A DNA stretch of 62,225 nucleotides from Alphaproteobacteria bacterium (GCA_046881895.1 JBKSMR010000012.1:1-62225), one strand, 5' to 3'. Positions 19,768 to 28,863 are shown, numbered from the stretch's first letter. Notes: generated from the letters alone by a model not told the origin. A program made the numbers and translations.

Positions 19768-19824
19768 TCGAACCCGTGTTACCAGAATGAGAATCTGGTG
19801 TCCTAACCGCTAGACGATGGGAGC
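19750..19824 (-). tRNA. tRNA-Glu (anticodon CUC)
   Basis: Reverse complement GCTCCCATCGTCTAGCGGTTAGGACACCAGATTCTCATTCTGGTAACACGGGTTCGATTCCCGTTGGGAGTGCCA folds as a cloverleaf. Anticodon loop is TTCTCAT. CCA is encoded. Confidence 0.85.
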
Positions 19825-19923
19825 ATTTTAAACTTGCTCACATATACTATACTTATTTATCTAAAATTTCAAATGAAACTTTCCCTTGTTATAATCTTTT
19901 TTATAACGTACAATTGTTGTGTC

Positions 19924-20655
19924 ATGCCAAGTACACTAAGACGCTTTTTTGCAAATGTTGTATCTTCGTTTGTTCCAAATCGTGACAAACGTCGTCTTGT
20001 TCGGGTGTTGATAAATTCTAATGTTTGTGATTATTTGCGTTTTATTAAATCAGATATTGGCATGCGACCACGTAAAATCAAGACTTTTGTTGGATATCAG
20101 GCACGCAGTCTGTTGATAAGTATTAACGATAAATATATATATAAATTCCCATTGCGACGTGATAATTCTGATGATTTAGCGGTTCGTGAAGAACGTATTG
20201 TTGCGACGTTGGGAAAATTATCGCCGTTATATGTGCCTCCTGTCACGTTGTTAAAATATCGTGGGCGGATTGTAAGAAAGTATGATTTTATTCGCGGTAC
20301 ACAATTCAGACATCTGCCAACAGATGTTGCATACAAATATATGAATAAAATTGCAAAACAGATTGCAGAATGTATGTATAAAATTGGATGTGCTGATCCA
20401 AAAGACATTTGTGACTTGAAACCATCAAAAAACATGCAACCTGGTTATAAAATCGGTTGGACACAAGGGGATATTTATGATAATTTCTTGGTTGATGAGA
20501 AAACCGGCGAAGTCTTGGCAATGATTGACTGGGAAGATGCATTTTTTGGGGAGTTTGCACATCTTTTTAAACGTAGACATGTTTCAATCGCCAGTGAATT
20601 TATGGACTGCGTTGCTGCAGAATACGACAGATTGTATAAAAAGGGCAAAAAATGA
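19924..20655 (+). CDS. APH/choline-kinase-like phosphotransferase, paralog 1
   Basis: Kinase-like motifs QGDIYDNFLV and MIDWEDA. About 243 aa, homologous along its length to the next ORF. Start chosen by alignment with the paralog (MPSTLRRFF). Confidence 0.55.
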   Translation: MPSTLRRFFANVVSSFVPNRDKRRLVRVLINSNVCDYLRFIKSDIGMRPRKIKTFVGYQARSLLISINDKYIYKFPLRRDNSDDLAVREERIVATLGKLSPLYVPPVTLLKYRGRIVRKYDFIRGTQFRHLPTDVAYKYMNKIAKQIAECMYKIGCADPKDICDLKPSKNMQPGYKIGWTQGDIYDNFLVDEKTGEVLAMIDWEDAFFGEFAHLFKRRHVSIASEFMDCVAAEYDRLYKKGKK

Positions 20656-21380
20656 AGTTTAGGCATATAATTTCAAATATTGTTTGCGGTGTTATTCCAA
20701 AGAAATCATTGCGTGATTTGGTTCGTGTAAAAATCAGATATAACACACGCCAATATATTGAATTTGTACGTGAATATATGGGCGATAATAATATTAAACT
20801 GACATCTTGTGTTGGATATGGGTGCAGTAATTTTATAGTTTTGGCCGGTGGTCGATATGCATTTAAATTTCCCTTGCGTGATGATGGTACAGAGCGTGCA
20901 TTACGCGAATTACGTATAACAACAGCATTGCGACCATATACATCGTTTAAAATTCCAGAAATGGAAATTATTCGTTGGAATAATATGGCGGTCAGAAAAT
21001 ATGAATTCTTTCCAGGTGTTGTGCTAAGTGAAGTGCCACCAAAAATAGCATTGGCTAAGCGTCATCATATTGCTAAACAAATCGCACAGTTCTTGTATCA
21101 GGTAGGTTGTGCAGACCCAAAAGATATTCGTGATTTAAAACCAACCAAGACTGCGAAGCCTGGGTATATGTATGGCTGGTTTCATAATGATATATGGCAA
21201 AATTTTATATTAAATCCAGAAACGTTGGATATTGTCGGCTTTATAGATTGGGAAGTTGCGGGCTTTGATTCGTTTCGTGCGGGTTTATATATGGCAGATC
21301 ATCATTGGGATAAATTTGGTTATCGTGGTTTTGTGGTTGATGTGTTGGCTGAATATTCAAAACTGTATTATGAAAAATAA
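20652..21380 (+). CDS. APH/choline-kinase-like phosphotransferase, paralog 2
   Basis: HNDIWQNFIL and FIDWEVA motifs. Its ATGA start overlaps the stop of paralog 1. Confidence 0.55.
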   Translation: MKFRHIISNIVCGVIPKKSLRDLVRVKIRYNTRQYIEFVREYMGDNNIKLTSCVGYGCSNFIVLAGGRYAFKFPLRDDGTERALRELRITTALRPYTSFKIPEMEIIRWNNMAVRKYEFFPGVVLSEVPPKIALAKRHHIAKQIAQFLYQVGCADPKDIRDLKPTKTAKPGYMYGWFHNDIWQNFILNPETLDIVGFIDWEVAGFDSFRAGLYMADHHWDKFGYRGFVVDVLAEYSKLYYEK

Positions 21381-21408
21381 ACATGTCCCGATTGGGACAT
21401 GTTTATTT
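21378..21408. terminator. bidirectional hairpin terminator
   Basis: aacatgtccc-gatt-gggacatgtt between convergent genes. Confidence 0.7.
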
Positions 21409-22063
21409 ATAAAATACTTTTGTCTTCTGGTTCTTCGGATATGATGATTTCTTGGTCGCTTGCCAGTTTGTTTTTTAACCATTTGCCAATTTTTACGCGT
21501 GTACGACCTGCGATTTTCTTGGTCAGTGTTATTCGTTGAACCGCCATTCCAATTTTGCGAGTGTCGCCCTTTGGTGTATATGGTTCATGTATAACAAAAC
21601 GCAAATTTAATGTGTCATCTTTCATCAGATATGCGGGGATGCTGGCTGTGTATTCTTCTTTTTTGCTGACATGCCATGTATCAATTTGTGTGCCGTTTGC
21701 GAATACGGTAATTTCTTGGTTGGAATATTTTGTTGTATCAAAAACCCCGAATCCAGATACACCCAATATCAGTGGGGAATTTTTGCCATTTTTAACATAC
21801 AGATTTAAATCTATTTGTTTGCCAATCATGCATCTGTGTTTTGGTTCTTGGCCACCCCAGCCATTTTGCATAAGAATATATTCCGAACTGTTTCCGTCCC
21901 GACTGAATATAATTTCTGTATTAGGAATATAAGGTTTGAATATATTTGTGTCGACGGATTTGTCGTTTGGCCAAGTGTCGCCAAGTTGGGATAAATAAAC
22001 TGTAATTCCGACAAGTGCACACAGTATAATACCAATGATTAAAAATAATTTTATTCTTTTCAT
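21407..22063 (-). CDS. membrane-anchored hypothetical protein (218 aa)
   Basis: SD aaggaaa then ATG 22063. N-terminal anchor MKRIKLFLIIGIILCALVGITVYL. Confidence 0.55.
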   Translation of the reverse strand: MKRIKLFLIIGIILCALVGITVYLSQLGDTWPNDKSVDTNIFKPYIPNTEIIFSRDGNSSEYILMQNGWGGQEPKHRCMIGKQIDLNLYVKNGKNSPLILGVSGFGVFDTTKYSNQEITVFANGTQIDTWHVSKKEEYTASIPAYLMKDDTLNLRFVIHEPYTPKGDTRKIGMAVQRITLTKKIAGRTRVKIGKWLKNKLASDQEIIISEEPEDKSIL

Positions 22064-22169
22064 GATGTGTTTATTTCCTTGTGTTTGGAATATAGCACGT
22101 ATTTTTATAATGTACACTAAAATATTTTGTTCGTTTTTTTTACATAAAAATCCCCTGTTCAGGGGATTT

Positions 22170-23099
22170 TTATTTCGTTGTAGTCGCAATTTTTAGAACG
22201 GGCAGCTTATCAAATAAATATAATTTATAGCAAGTAGATTTGCTGCCAGTTGTGTACTGACGCCAAACAGTAATAATTGGGATACCGAATGCTGTCAATC
22301 TAAAACATTTTTTATATTTGGCGTTTTGTGCAACTAATGGCTGTGGTATTTTGTTGCGTATCGCGTGTTTATAAATATCATCAACAATTTGTACTGTTGT
22401 ATATGGATACAAGAATTGTAATCCACCCAATGTATCTAGTGCTGCTTTTTTTACAAATGGAATGCCGCGTTTCAGCATTTCGATTGGTTGTTGATACATG
22501 TCATGTGATTCTTCGCCATCTTGTCCTGATATATACGTCGCCATTTTATAGCCATGTTTTAAAATCAGCTGAGAGAAACCAACTTCGTATTTTAAAACAA
22601 TAAGTTGTTTTGTAACTTCGTGCGTGATGTTATTCATAAATTCTGATATGAAGCTTTCGTTTGCAACGCGTTTGCTGATTCCAACAAACCAAGATTGTAC
22701 TTGGATTGGAGTTGGTTTGTTTTGGAAATCTGTCATCCCAATTAAATCAACACCGCGAGATTCCAAATCTTCCAAGATATTTTTGATATTGAACAATGGG
22801 CCATAAACACTGTCGTTCACAAAATAAATCCAGTCGTATTTTTGTAACAGATTGTTTCTTTTTGCGTATTTAAATCCGATTTTGTATGAGCCAAAATCGT
22901 ATTCGCCGTGATTTACAGCGGTTGCGGATAAAATATTTTTAATAGATTTAATTTTGTTAATTTCGCTATCAGGCAAATTGTTATCCATTGCGAATACAAT
23001 GTCGCCTAATTCAGACAGCGAGCGTAAATAGTGCAACAAAGTTTCGTCGACAATACAGTCTTTGTCGTACCCAGCAAAAATAAACAAACGTTTTGCCAT
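22170..23099 (-). CDS. putative polysaccharide biosynthesis protein (RgpF-like glycosyltransferase)
   Basis: The N-terminal pattern LFIFAGYDKDCIVDETLLHYLRSL...IVFAMDN recalls rhamnan-synthesis-F-type proteins. The assignment is tentative. Confidence 0.4.
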   Translation of the reverse strand: MAKRLFIFAGYDKDCIVDETLLHYLRSLSELGDIVFAMDNNLPDSEINKIKSIKNILSATAVNHGEYDFGSYKIGFKYAKRNNLLQKYDWIYFVNDSVYGPLFNIKNILEDLESRGVDLIGMTDFQNKPTPIQVQSWFVGISKRVANESFISEFMNNITHEVTKQLIVLKYEVGFSQLILKHGYKMATYISGQDGEESHDMYQQPIEMLKRGIPFVKKAALDTLGGLQFLYPYTTVQIVDDIYKHAIRNKIPQPLVAQNAKYKKCFRLTAFGIPIITVWRQYTTGSKSTCYKLYLFDKLPVLKIATTTK

Positions 23100-23260
23100 T
23101 GTTTTTCCTCTATATTTTCAAATTAGGTTGGTATTATAGTATGAAAAAAAATAAAAGCAACTATTGAAATATAATCAGGAAATAAGAGCAAAAAAAAGTA
23201 TTGCGGTTTATACTGTTGTATGATAATGTGCTGTACCAATACACAAAAAAGGTAGAAAGT

Positions 23261-23950
23261 ATGAAAATATTTCCAATTATATCACGCCCAATCGTTTTCA
23301 ATAACATTCAGAAAAAACACGAAGAAAAGAAATTGCCACCTGTTATAAAAAAGGTTGTTGCAAATGCTCGTACAAATATCGTCAAGAAAGATGTTAAAAC
23401 TGCAGAGCGTGCGTTTTATGGTGCAATATTGGCCATGGTTAAAATGCTTGCAGGATTAAAGAATACTTTGCATACATCAGAAGTCATTAAGTTCTCATTT
23501 AATAAAGAAGGGCGTTTTGATGCCAGAAAACGTGCACTTCAAAGAAAAGAGGTTTTACAAACAATCAGTGAACCAATTTCTGATAAACAAATGAATTTGG
23601 AAGAATTGGTTGCAGAATATGAACGCGAAGAAGATTTGCGAACATTGTCATATGTTCCGGTGTCGCATAGTGATATTGCATCTTGGATGTTTTTATTGAA
23701 AAATCGTGAAGATTATAAAATGCGTATGAATGCCATCAAGGAAGAACATCAGAACCGAACAAAGGCTGAAAATTTCTTTGAAGAATTAAAAAATAAAAAT
23801 CGGTCCGACGCACGTTTTTTGCGTGATGTAACATTTTTGCAAGAGAATGCACAGAAATCTGAACCAGAAATAGACTATCAAGAATTATATGACAAAACAA
23901 AAACATTGCGACACGTTGTTAATACGTATAATACGCAAAAGAGGAAATAA
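23261..23950 (+). CDS. hypothetical charged or coiled-coil protein (229 aa)
   Basis: SD aaaaaggtagaaag then ATG 23261. A terminator follows at about 23950-23976. Confidence 0.5.
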   Translation: MKIFPIISRPIVFNNIQKKHEEKKLPPVIKKVVANARTNIVKKDVKTAERAFYGAILAMVKMLAGLKNTLHTSEVIKFSFNKEGRFDARKRALQRKEVLQTISEPISDKQMNLEELVAEYEREEDLRTLSYVPVSHSDIASWMFLLKNREDYKMRMNAIKEEHQNRTKAENFFEELKNKNRSDARFLRDVTFLQENAQKSEPEIDYQELYDKTKTLRHVVNTYNTQKRK

Positions 23951-24055
23951 AAAATGCCCGAATGGGCGTTTTTTTATGATGTTTTAAAATGTTTTTGAAT
24001 AAATGGCATTTTGTGATACAATATGAATATATGTATAAACAAAAGGAATAATAAA

Positions 24056-24337
24056 ATGGATATTTTGTCGATTTTTACAGAATCATCAGTTGTATCGATG
24101 TTTGTTGCGTTTGTCTTTGCGGTTGTTGGTATTCGTTGTTTGATTTATGGCATAATGGGTGGGACTTCGACATTGCTACGCATTGCAGGCGCGTGCGTAT
24201 TTGCGGCGTTGGCATATGCTGTGTGGAAGCATGCTAATGGATTACATGGTTCAAACGCGATTGACAACTTTGTATTTGACTCTTGGCATGACGTCAAAGT
24301 GCTTGTTGGTAAACTGATACACAGCATAAAGTCGTAA
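24056..24337 (+). CDS. small two-TM membrane protein (93 aa)
   Basis: SD aaaagga then ATG 24056. Two hydrophobic segments. Confidence 0.5.
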   Translation: MDILSIFTESSVVSMFVAFVFAVVGIRCLIYGIMGGTSTLLRIAGACVFAALAYAVWKHANGLHGSNAIDNFVFDSWHDVKVLVGKLIHSIKS

Positions 24338-24341
24338 TAGT

Positions 24342-24369
24342 AAAAAAACCGCCAACTTGGCGGTTTTTT
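24342..24369. terminator. bidirectional hairpin terminator
   Basis: aaaaaaaccgcc-aactt-ggcggtttttt. Confidence 0.75.
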
Positions 24370-24375
24370 AGTATT

Positions 24376-25104
24376 TTAATTTCTCTTTTTTCCGTAACGT
24401 GATAAAAATTTATGTATTTGTGAATTAGTTACAGTTTGCACATCTGGTTTTTGTTCTATTTTTGTAATATTTGTAATTTTTTGCGGTATTTTTGTTTTAA
24501 CAGCGTACAGGTTTTGATTTTCACCGGTGGCCAAGAAGACTTCTTTTAATAAGTTGTCATACTTTTGTCGGAATTCCGGATTGCGTTTGTATAAAAAATC
24601 AGAAGTGCGTTCAACAAGCCCTGAATGACTATTAGGATTAAATTTTTTTATACGTGAAAACTTGCCATTTACGGATAATAGCAGCGTTTTATTTTCAGCT
24701 ACGCTGATTTTTATGTTATCAAAACTTATGTTTGTATTTTTTGCTGCGTCCATAATCATATCAAACAAAAAGTCTTGCATTGCTTCGTAATCAAGTTGCC
24801 ATTCTGGGTATTTTACATTGTTAAAATCAACTTTGCTTTCGGCCAAATATGCTTGTTTGTTTGGTGTGTTTTCCCAAGTGTCTTGCATTGTATCGATATG
24901 GTTTTGTGCAGCCTGATGATTGGTAAAGAAATAATAGCCATTACTTTGTCCACCCAACGCATTTTGTGATGAATTAAAGTAACCAGATTGTTTTATTTGA
25001 TTAAAAGTCGCATTGTCTATTGGTGTGATAACATGATACAAAGTAATATCTTTTGATTTTACTTTATCTGTTGCGGATTTTAATTTTTCTGCTGTGGTAT
25101 TCAT
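24376..25104 (-). CDS. hypothetical protein (242 aa) with weak ART-like motifs
   Basis: ORF. A tataat box sits directly upstream of the longer-ORF ATG at 25146, so the Met at 25104 is the preferred start. Motifs LYHVIT and NGYYFFTNHQAA. Confidence 0.45.
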   Translation of the reverse strand: MNTTAEKLKSATDKVKSKDITLYHVITPIDNATFNQIKQSGYFNSSQNALGGQSNGYYFFTNHQAAQNHIDTMQDTWENTPNKQAYLAESKVDFNNVKYPEWQLDYEAMQDFLFDMIMDAAKNTNISFDNIKISVAENKTLLLSVNGKFSRIKKFNPNSHSGLVERTSDFLYKRNPEFRQKYDNLLKEVFLATGENQNLYAVKTKIPQKITNITKIEQKPDVQTVTNSQIHKFLSRYGKKRN

Positions 25105-25195
25105 AGTTTTTTGTCTTTGTTTAATTGTTGGTAAAGATTGTAACATAACATTATAAAAAAGTCCATTTTATAAGAAAAATACCCCCTTGTAGGAC

Positions 25196-25216
25196 ATTTT
25201 TGCTCTCTGGAATGCG
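25196..25216. repeat. 21-nt direct repeat, left copy (atttttgctctctggaatgcg)
   Basis: Identical 21-mer occurs at 32048-32068. Confidence 0.8.
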
Positions 25217-25233
25217 TGTGGGCGAAACGCGAG

Positions 25234-25872
25234 TTATTTTGGCGTGTGTTTTTGTAGTGCTATTGTATGTAAATCAGAAACAAGATTTTTGCCTTTATAA
25301 TTTTTTATAAATTTTTTAACCAATTCAATTTGGTTTATAAAATCATCAATATTGATATACCAGGCATAGTCATATTTTGCAAATGGGTCAAATGCGATTG
25401 TATCAATTTCTGTGCGATGTTTTGTTATCCATTTATAAACCGTTTCAAAATCTATATATAAAAACATGTGATTGTGTGCAATATTATGTATTTCACGAAT
25501 GGATAAAAAAGTACTAAAAAATTTGGTATTATCTGTTGTTTTTATTTGTGGAATAACATTTGCATTTTTCATATATAAATAACTGTCATTTTCACAATCT
25601 GGTAATTTGATAATATATTCATCATTTTTACCAGGTGGACAAATATAAATCGGAACAAATATTTTTGATTGTAATAACAGAGCAAGAAAATATGCTAAAC
25701 TTTCATTGTCTTTAAATGTCATAAATTCAGCCAAAGCACTTGTTAATGTCCCGCCTAAATAATCAAAATCCTTTTCTTTGCGAATAATACAGTAATCAAA
25801 TTCATATTCAAAATCTTTGAAATGATTTTCGTCCATTATGTATGTTGATAAAGATTTTGTCGTCTTTTGCAT
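25234..25872 (-). CDS. hypothetical protein (212 aa), downstream partner of the PD-(D/E)xK protein
   Basis: ORF begins 2 nt after the upstream stop. The start is uncertain; 25836 is an alternative. Confidence 0.45.
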   Translation of the reverse strand: MQKTTKSLSTYIMDENHFKDFEYEFDYCIIRKEKDFDYLGGTLTSALAEFMTFKDNESLAYFLALLLQSKIFVPIYICPPGKNDEYIIKLPDCENDSYLYMKNANVIPQIKTTDNTKFFSTFLSIREIHNIAHNHMFLYIDFETVYKWITKHRTEIDTIAFDPFAKYDYAWYINIDDFINQIELVKKFIKNYKGKNLVSDLHTIALQKHTPK

Positions 25873-25874
25873 TT

Positions 25875-27083
25875 TTAATCTGTTATTGTTTGTAGCCAGG
25901 TTTCTAAATCTTTTAATTTTAACGATTGCCCCAGTCCATTGCGACTTTTGCAAAATTGTTTTTTATTTAATTTTGATAATTGTTCGCCAACATCTTTATC
26001 ATTTAACCAAAATCCATAGTAATATCCAAATACCGGAACACCATTGGCAATATGTTTTAATAATAATTCTTTGTTTTGTGATAACGATTTCTGTGCAAAA
26101 TTATCCCAATTCCAATGTTTGCTGTTATTCGAGCGTTTAGTGTGATATGGATAATATTCCAACGCTAAAATATCAGTATCTTTTATCCCGAATTTATCCG
26201 TCTTTTTCAAAATATTGTCCCACCATTCACAATATTCACGATAAATATGTAAATTCATCCCAGTCGGTTTATAAAAACCATCCTTGTCCATTGGATATTC
26301 TGCCAACCGTTTATAATATTTTGCATCCCCCCCAGGATTACATAAAAGAATTATCAACTTTGGCGATTTTTCATTACCTATTCGTGATACTTTATAATCA
26401 TTTGACATGTTTACTATCCTTTTTTGTGGAATTTCTACAAACAACGATTTGAACAAACCGTTTTTATCACCAGTGTCGCAAAAGTTACACCACAGGAATT
26501 CATAATCATTTTTTATTTCAAACCCAGGATGTTGTTTAATCCATTTCGGAATATGGTTTAAATCGTTATGTTGCCATTTTAAATTGCCATAACGGTATTT
26601 CCCTTGCACAGTTCTAAAAGGATAACCTTTTGAATTATTTTTCCAATTCCCAGTCCAATAAAACTTATCGTTAGTTATCATAATGCATACCCCAGAAACA
26701 ACTTGATTGTTTTCTACTAGTTGTTCTATGCGATTTATATCTTTCCAAAAATTATAACCGTTTATATCTACGGCATCGTGGTTTTTTAATATCTTTTTTA
26801 TTGGTAAACCAGTAAATCCGTATAATTGTTCTGACGGAATAATTTTGGTCTTATATTTCAGTTCAATTGGGTATAGACATTGTTTATAAACCAGCATAAT
26901 ATCAGTATAAATTATACGACCATTTTGCTCTATTGGAAACTCGAGTAAAATGGTTGCGGTGCCATTAAAAATTTTTTCTAACTCCATTGCAAAAGAATGT
27001 TGAAAGTCCGCCTCTGACACAAAAAAACGATTTTTATTTTTCAAATTTAAAAATGCTTTTTTTATATTTTTGATAACATCCAT
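25875..27083 (-). CDS. PD-(D/E)xK nuclease-fold protein with unknown C-terminal domain (402 aa)
   Basis: The N-terminal third has E...D...ExK spacing (SEADFQHSF ... YTDIMLV ... YPIELKYK). The C-terminal half has LIILLCNPGGD and YYPYHT motifs of unclear affinity. Confidence 0.55.
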   Translation of the reverse strand: MDVIKNIKKAFLNLKNKNRFFVSEADFQHSFAMELEKIFNGTATILLEFPIEQNGRIIYTDIMLVYKQCLYPIELKYKTKIIPSEQLYGFTGLPIKKILKNHDAVDINGYNFWKDINRIEQLVENNQVVSGVCIMITNDKFYWTGNWKNNSKGYPFRTVQGKYRYGNLKWQHNDLNHIPKWIKQHPGFEIKNDYEFLWCNFCDTGDKNGLFKSLFVEIPQKRIVNMSNDYKVSRIGNEKSPKLIILLCNPGGDAKYYKRLAEYPMDKDGFYKPTGMNLHIYREYCEWWDNILKKTDKFGIKDTDILALEYYPYHTKRSNNSKHWNWDNFAQKSLSQNKELLLKHIANGVPVFGYYYGFWLNDKDVGEQLSKLNKKQFCKSRNGLGQSLKLKDLETWLQTITD

Positions 27084-27143
27084 ATCTTGCTCCTGTCACC
27101 GAAACCAGTGTAAAACAATAAAACAAAATTGTAAATATTATTT

Positions 27144-27236
27144 CGTTTCGCCCGCACACCCCAACCACACTTCGCCTCTACGAGGCTTCGTGTGGCAGGC
27201 CACACAAGGCGAGAAGCAGACGCGAAGTGTGGTTGC
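27144..27236. repeat. palindromic element containing an inverted fragment of the tRNA-Gln 3' end
   Basis: 27159-27218 is the exact reverse complement of 32387-32446 (60 nt). Outer arms are aaccacacttcgc / gcgaagtgtggtt. Confidence 0.85.
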
Positions 27237-27371
27237 ATTTGACATGCAATTCGCGAACCGATTTGATGGAAATTGGACAAGAAATAGACGAATTTAAAGA
27301 TAAATTATGTGTAACAGGTTTATTGTAATTTTTCTACTTTTATGGTACTATGCACGCAGGAGATATGAATA

Positions 27372-27920
27372 ATGGAACCGATAATTATTGACGATTTGGT
27401 ATTAAAACAAATTCCTGGAACACAAGAATTTGCACAGGAAATATACGATATATTCACATCAGATATTGATACTTTCAAACATTGGTTTGAAGGTGGTATG
27501 TGGAAGTCTGTGGATGAAGTATTAAAGTATTATCAAAGCAAGGAACAAAATAATGATTCCAGATGGAAATATTCTATGTATGGCATATTCAAAAATGGTG
27601 AATTATTGGGTGAAATCGGATTGTCGGGAATAGACACAAAACACCAAACTGCTGAAATTGGGTATTGGCTAAAGAAATCTGCACGTGGTATGGGAATTAT
27701 TGATAAGTTAATTCCAATTATAGAAGAAATTGGATTTGAAAAATATAATTTAAGGAAACTGAATATCTGGTGTGATGACGACAATATTGCGTCACGCAAA
27801 CATGCTGAAAAAAATGGATATGCCTTGGAAGGTGTTCAACGCGAACGCAAACTCTGGCCAGACGGTTCGATACATAGCACAGCGATGTTTGGAAAATTAA
27901 AATCTGAATGGAAAAAATAG
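27372..27920 (+). CDS. GNAT-family N-acetyltransferase (RimJ/RimL-like)
   Basis: The pattern ...GEIGLSGID...AEIGYWLKKSARGMGI...NIASRKHAEKNGY matches the GNAT acetyl-CoA fold. SD aggag. Confidence 0.8.
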   Translation: MEPIIIDDLVLKQIPGTQEFAQEIYDIFTSDIDTFKHWFEGGMWKSVDEVLKYYQSKEQNNDSRWKYSMYGIFKNGELLGEIGLSGIDTKHQTAEIGYWLKKSARGMGIIDKLIPIIEEIGFEKYNLRKLNIWCDDDNIASRKHAEKNGYALEGVQRERKLWPDGSIHSTAMFGKLKSEWKK

Positions 27921-28085
27921 TTCGAAAGTGGCGAGAAATTGCCACTTTTTTTTATTTTACCTTTCGAACTCGCTTGAAACATTAGAAAACAAAAACTCGC
28001 CTTTATTGGAGGGCTTGTCTATCTTGGTTGGGGTGTGCACAATTCGCGAACCGAATTGTTGGAGGTTGGACAAGAAATAGATAAG
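27919..28085. repeat. cassette boundary element, copy 1
   Basis: Contains agttcgaaagt...actttcgaact arms, then ttgaaacattagaaaacaaaaac, a (degenerate) hairpin, cttggttggggtgtg, the gcacaattcgcga..gaattg hairpin and ggacaagaaatag. Confidence 0.85.
27928..27953 (+). terminator. Rho-independent terminator after the plus-strand GNAT gene
   Basis: gtggc-gagaaatt-gccac followed by a T8 run. Confidence 0.7.
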
Positions 28086-28110
28086 ATGAAACAGAAATTT
28101 TATTAAAATA

Positions 28111-28656
28111 TTATCTTTCTTTTACATAAATCAAAGAATCACATTTACCAACGCATTTTGCCCAAGAGGCCATTGGTAATACTTTTTCTAATTTATACTT
28201 ATTACGTTTTGCTAGATTTTCTGAATGTGTATTTCCATTGTCTATATCCAATACAATCTTGCCAAAACCAAATTTGAATAATTCTGTTTCTAATGCTTGC
28301 AGTGCTTCACTCATAAATCCGTTGCCATTTGCAGATTTTATCAACCAATATCCTATTTCACATCCATTGTCTTGAATATTAAAAAAACGAATTCGCCCAA
28401 TAATATTATCTTTATGGTAAATATAAAAACACATGCCTTGGTTATCTTTAATTTGATTGGCGCGTTTTGTCAAATATGCAATCACATCATCAGGGGTTTT
28501 TAATTCACCAAAATGTCCCTGCCAGTCCATAAAATAATCACGATTTTGTTCAATAATGTTAAAAAGTTTTATTGCGTTTTCCTTTGTTGGTAATACAACC
28601 TTTAATACCAATCGTGATGTTTTGATTGTTTGCGGAAAATTCGATAAAGCTTTCAT
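28111..28656 (-). CDS. GNAT-family N-acetyltransferase (RimJ/RimL-like)
   Basis: GRIRFFNI...CEIGYWLIKSANGNGFMSEA...NTHSENLAKRNKY. Upstream are gtgatataat and SD aaaagga. Confidence 0.8.
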   Translation of the reverse strand: MKALSNFPQTIKTSRLVLKVVLPTKENAIKLFNIIEQNRDYFMDWQGHFGELKTPDDVIAYLTKRANQIKDNQGMCFYIYHKDNIIGRIRFFNIQDNGCEIGYWLIKSANGNGFMSEALQALETELFKFGFGKIVLDIDNGNTHSENLAKRNKYKLEKVLPMASWAKCVGKCDSLIYVKER

Positions 28657-28690
28657 AAAATTAGTCCTTTTCAGAAATTATATCACAATT

Positions 28691-28855
28691 GGTTCAAAAA
28701 TGACAATTTTTTGACATTTTTTAAAACCTAACTTTCGAACTCGGTCAAAACATTAGAAAACAAAAACCCGCCTTTATTGGCGGGCTTGTCTATCTTGGTT
28801 GGGCTTGATGCACAATTCGCGAGCTGAATTGCGGGAGATAGAACAAAAGATTAAA
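28691..28855. repeat. cassette boundary element, copy 2
   Basis: Same architecture as copy 1. The tRNA-like core is tggttgggc. Confidence 0.85.
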
Positions 28856-28863
28856 GATTATTT

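Noticed and set aside
19205-19806. Track ORFs 19205-19615(-), 19245-19445(+), 19314-19514(-), 19390-19806(+) and 19504-19761(-)
   Set aside because: They run through GC-rich palindromic repeats, the duplicated tRNA trailer and the tRNA-Glu gene itself. The open frames result from GC-rich, stop-poor repeat sequence and are not genes.
27062-27297. Track ORFs 27062-27280(-) and 27070-27297(+), plus 32271-32579(+) and 32352-32534(-)
   Set aside because: They overlap the palindromic element and tRNA-Gln. The shared peptide ASRLVWPATRSLVEAKCGWG is simply the translated repeat.
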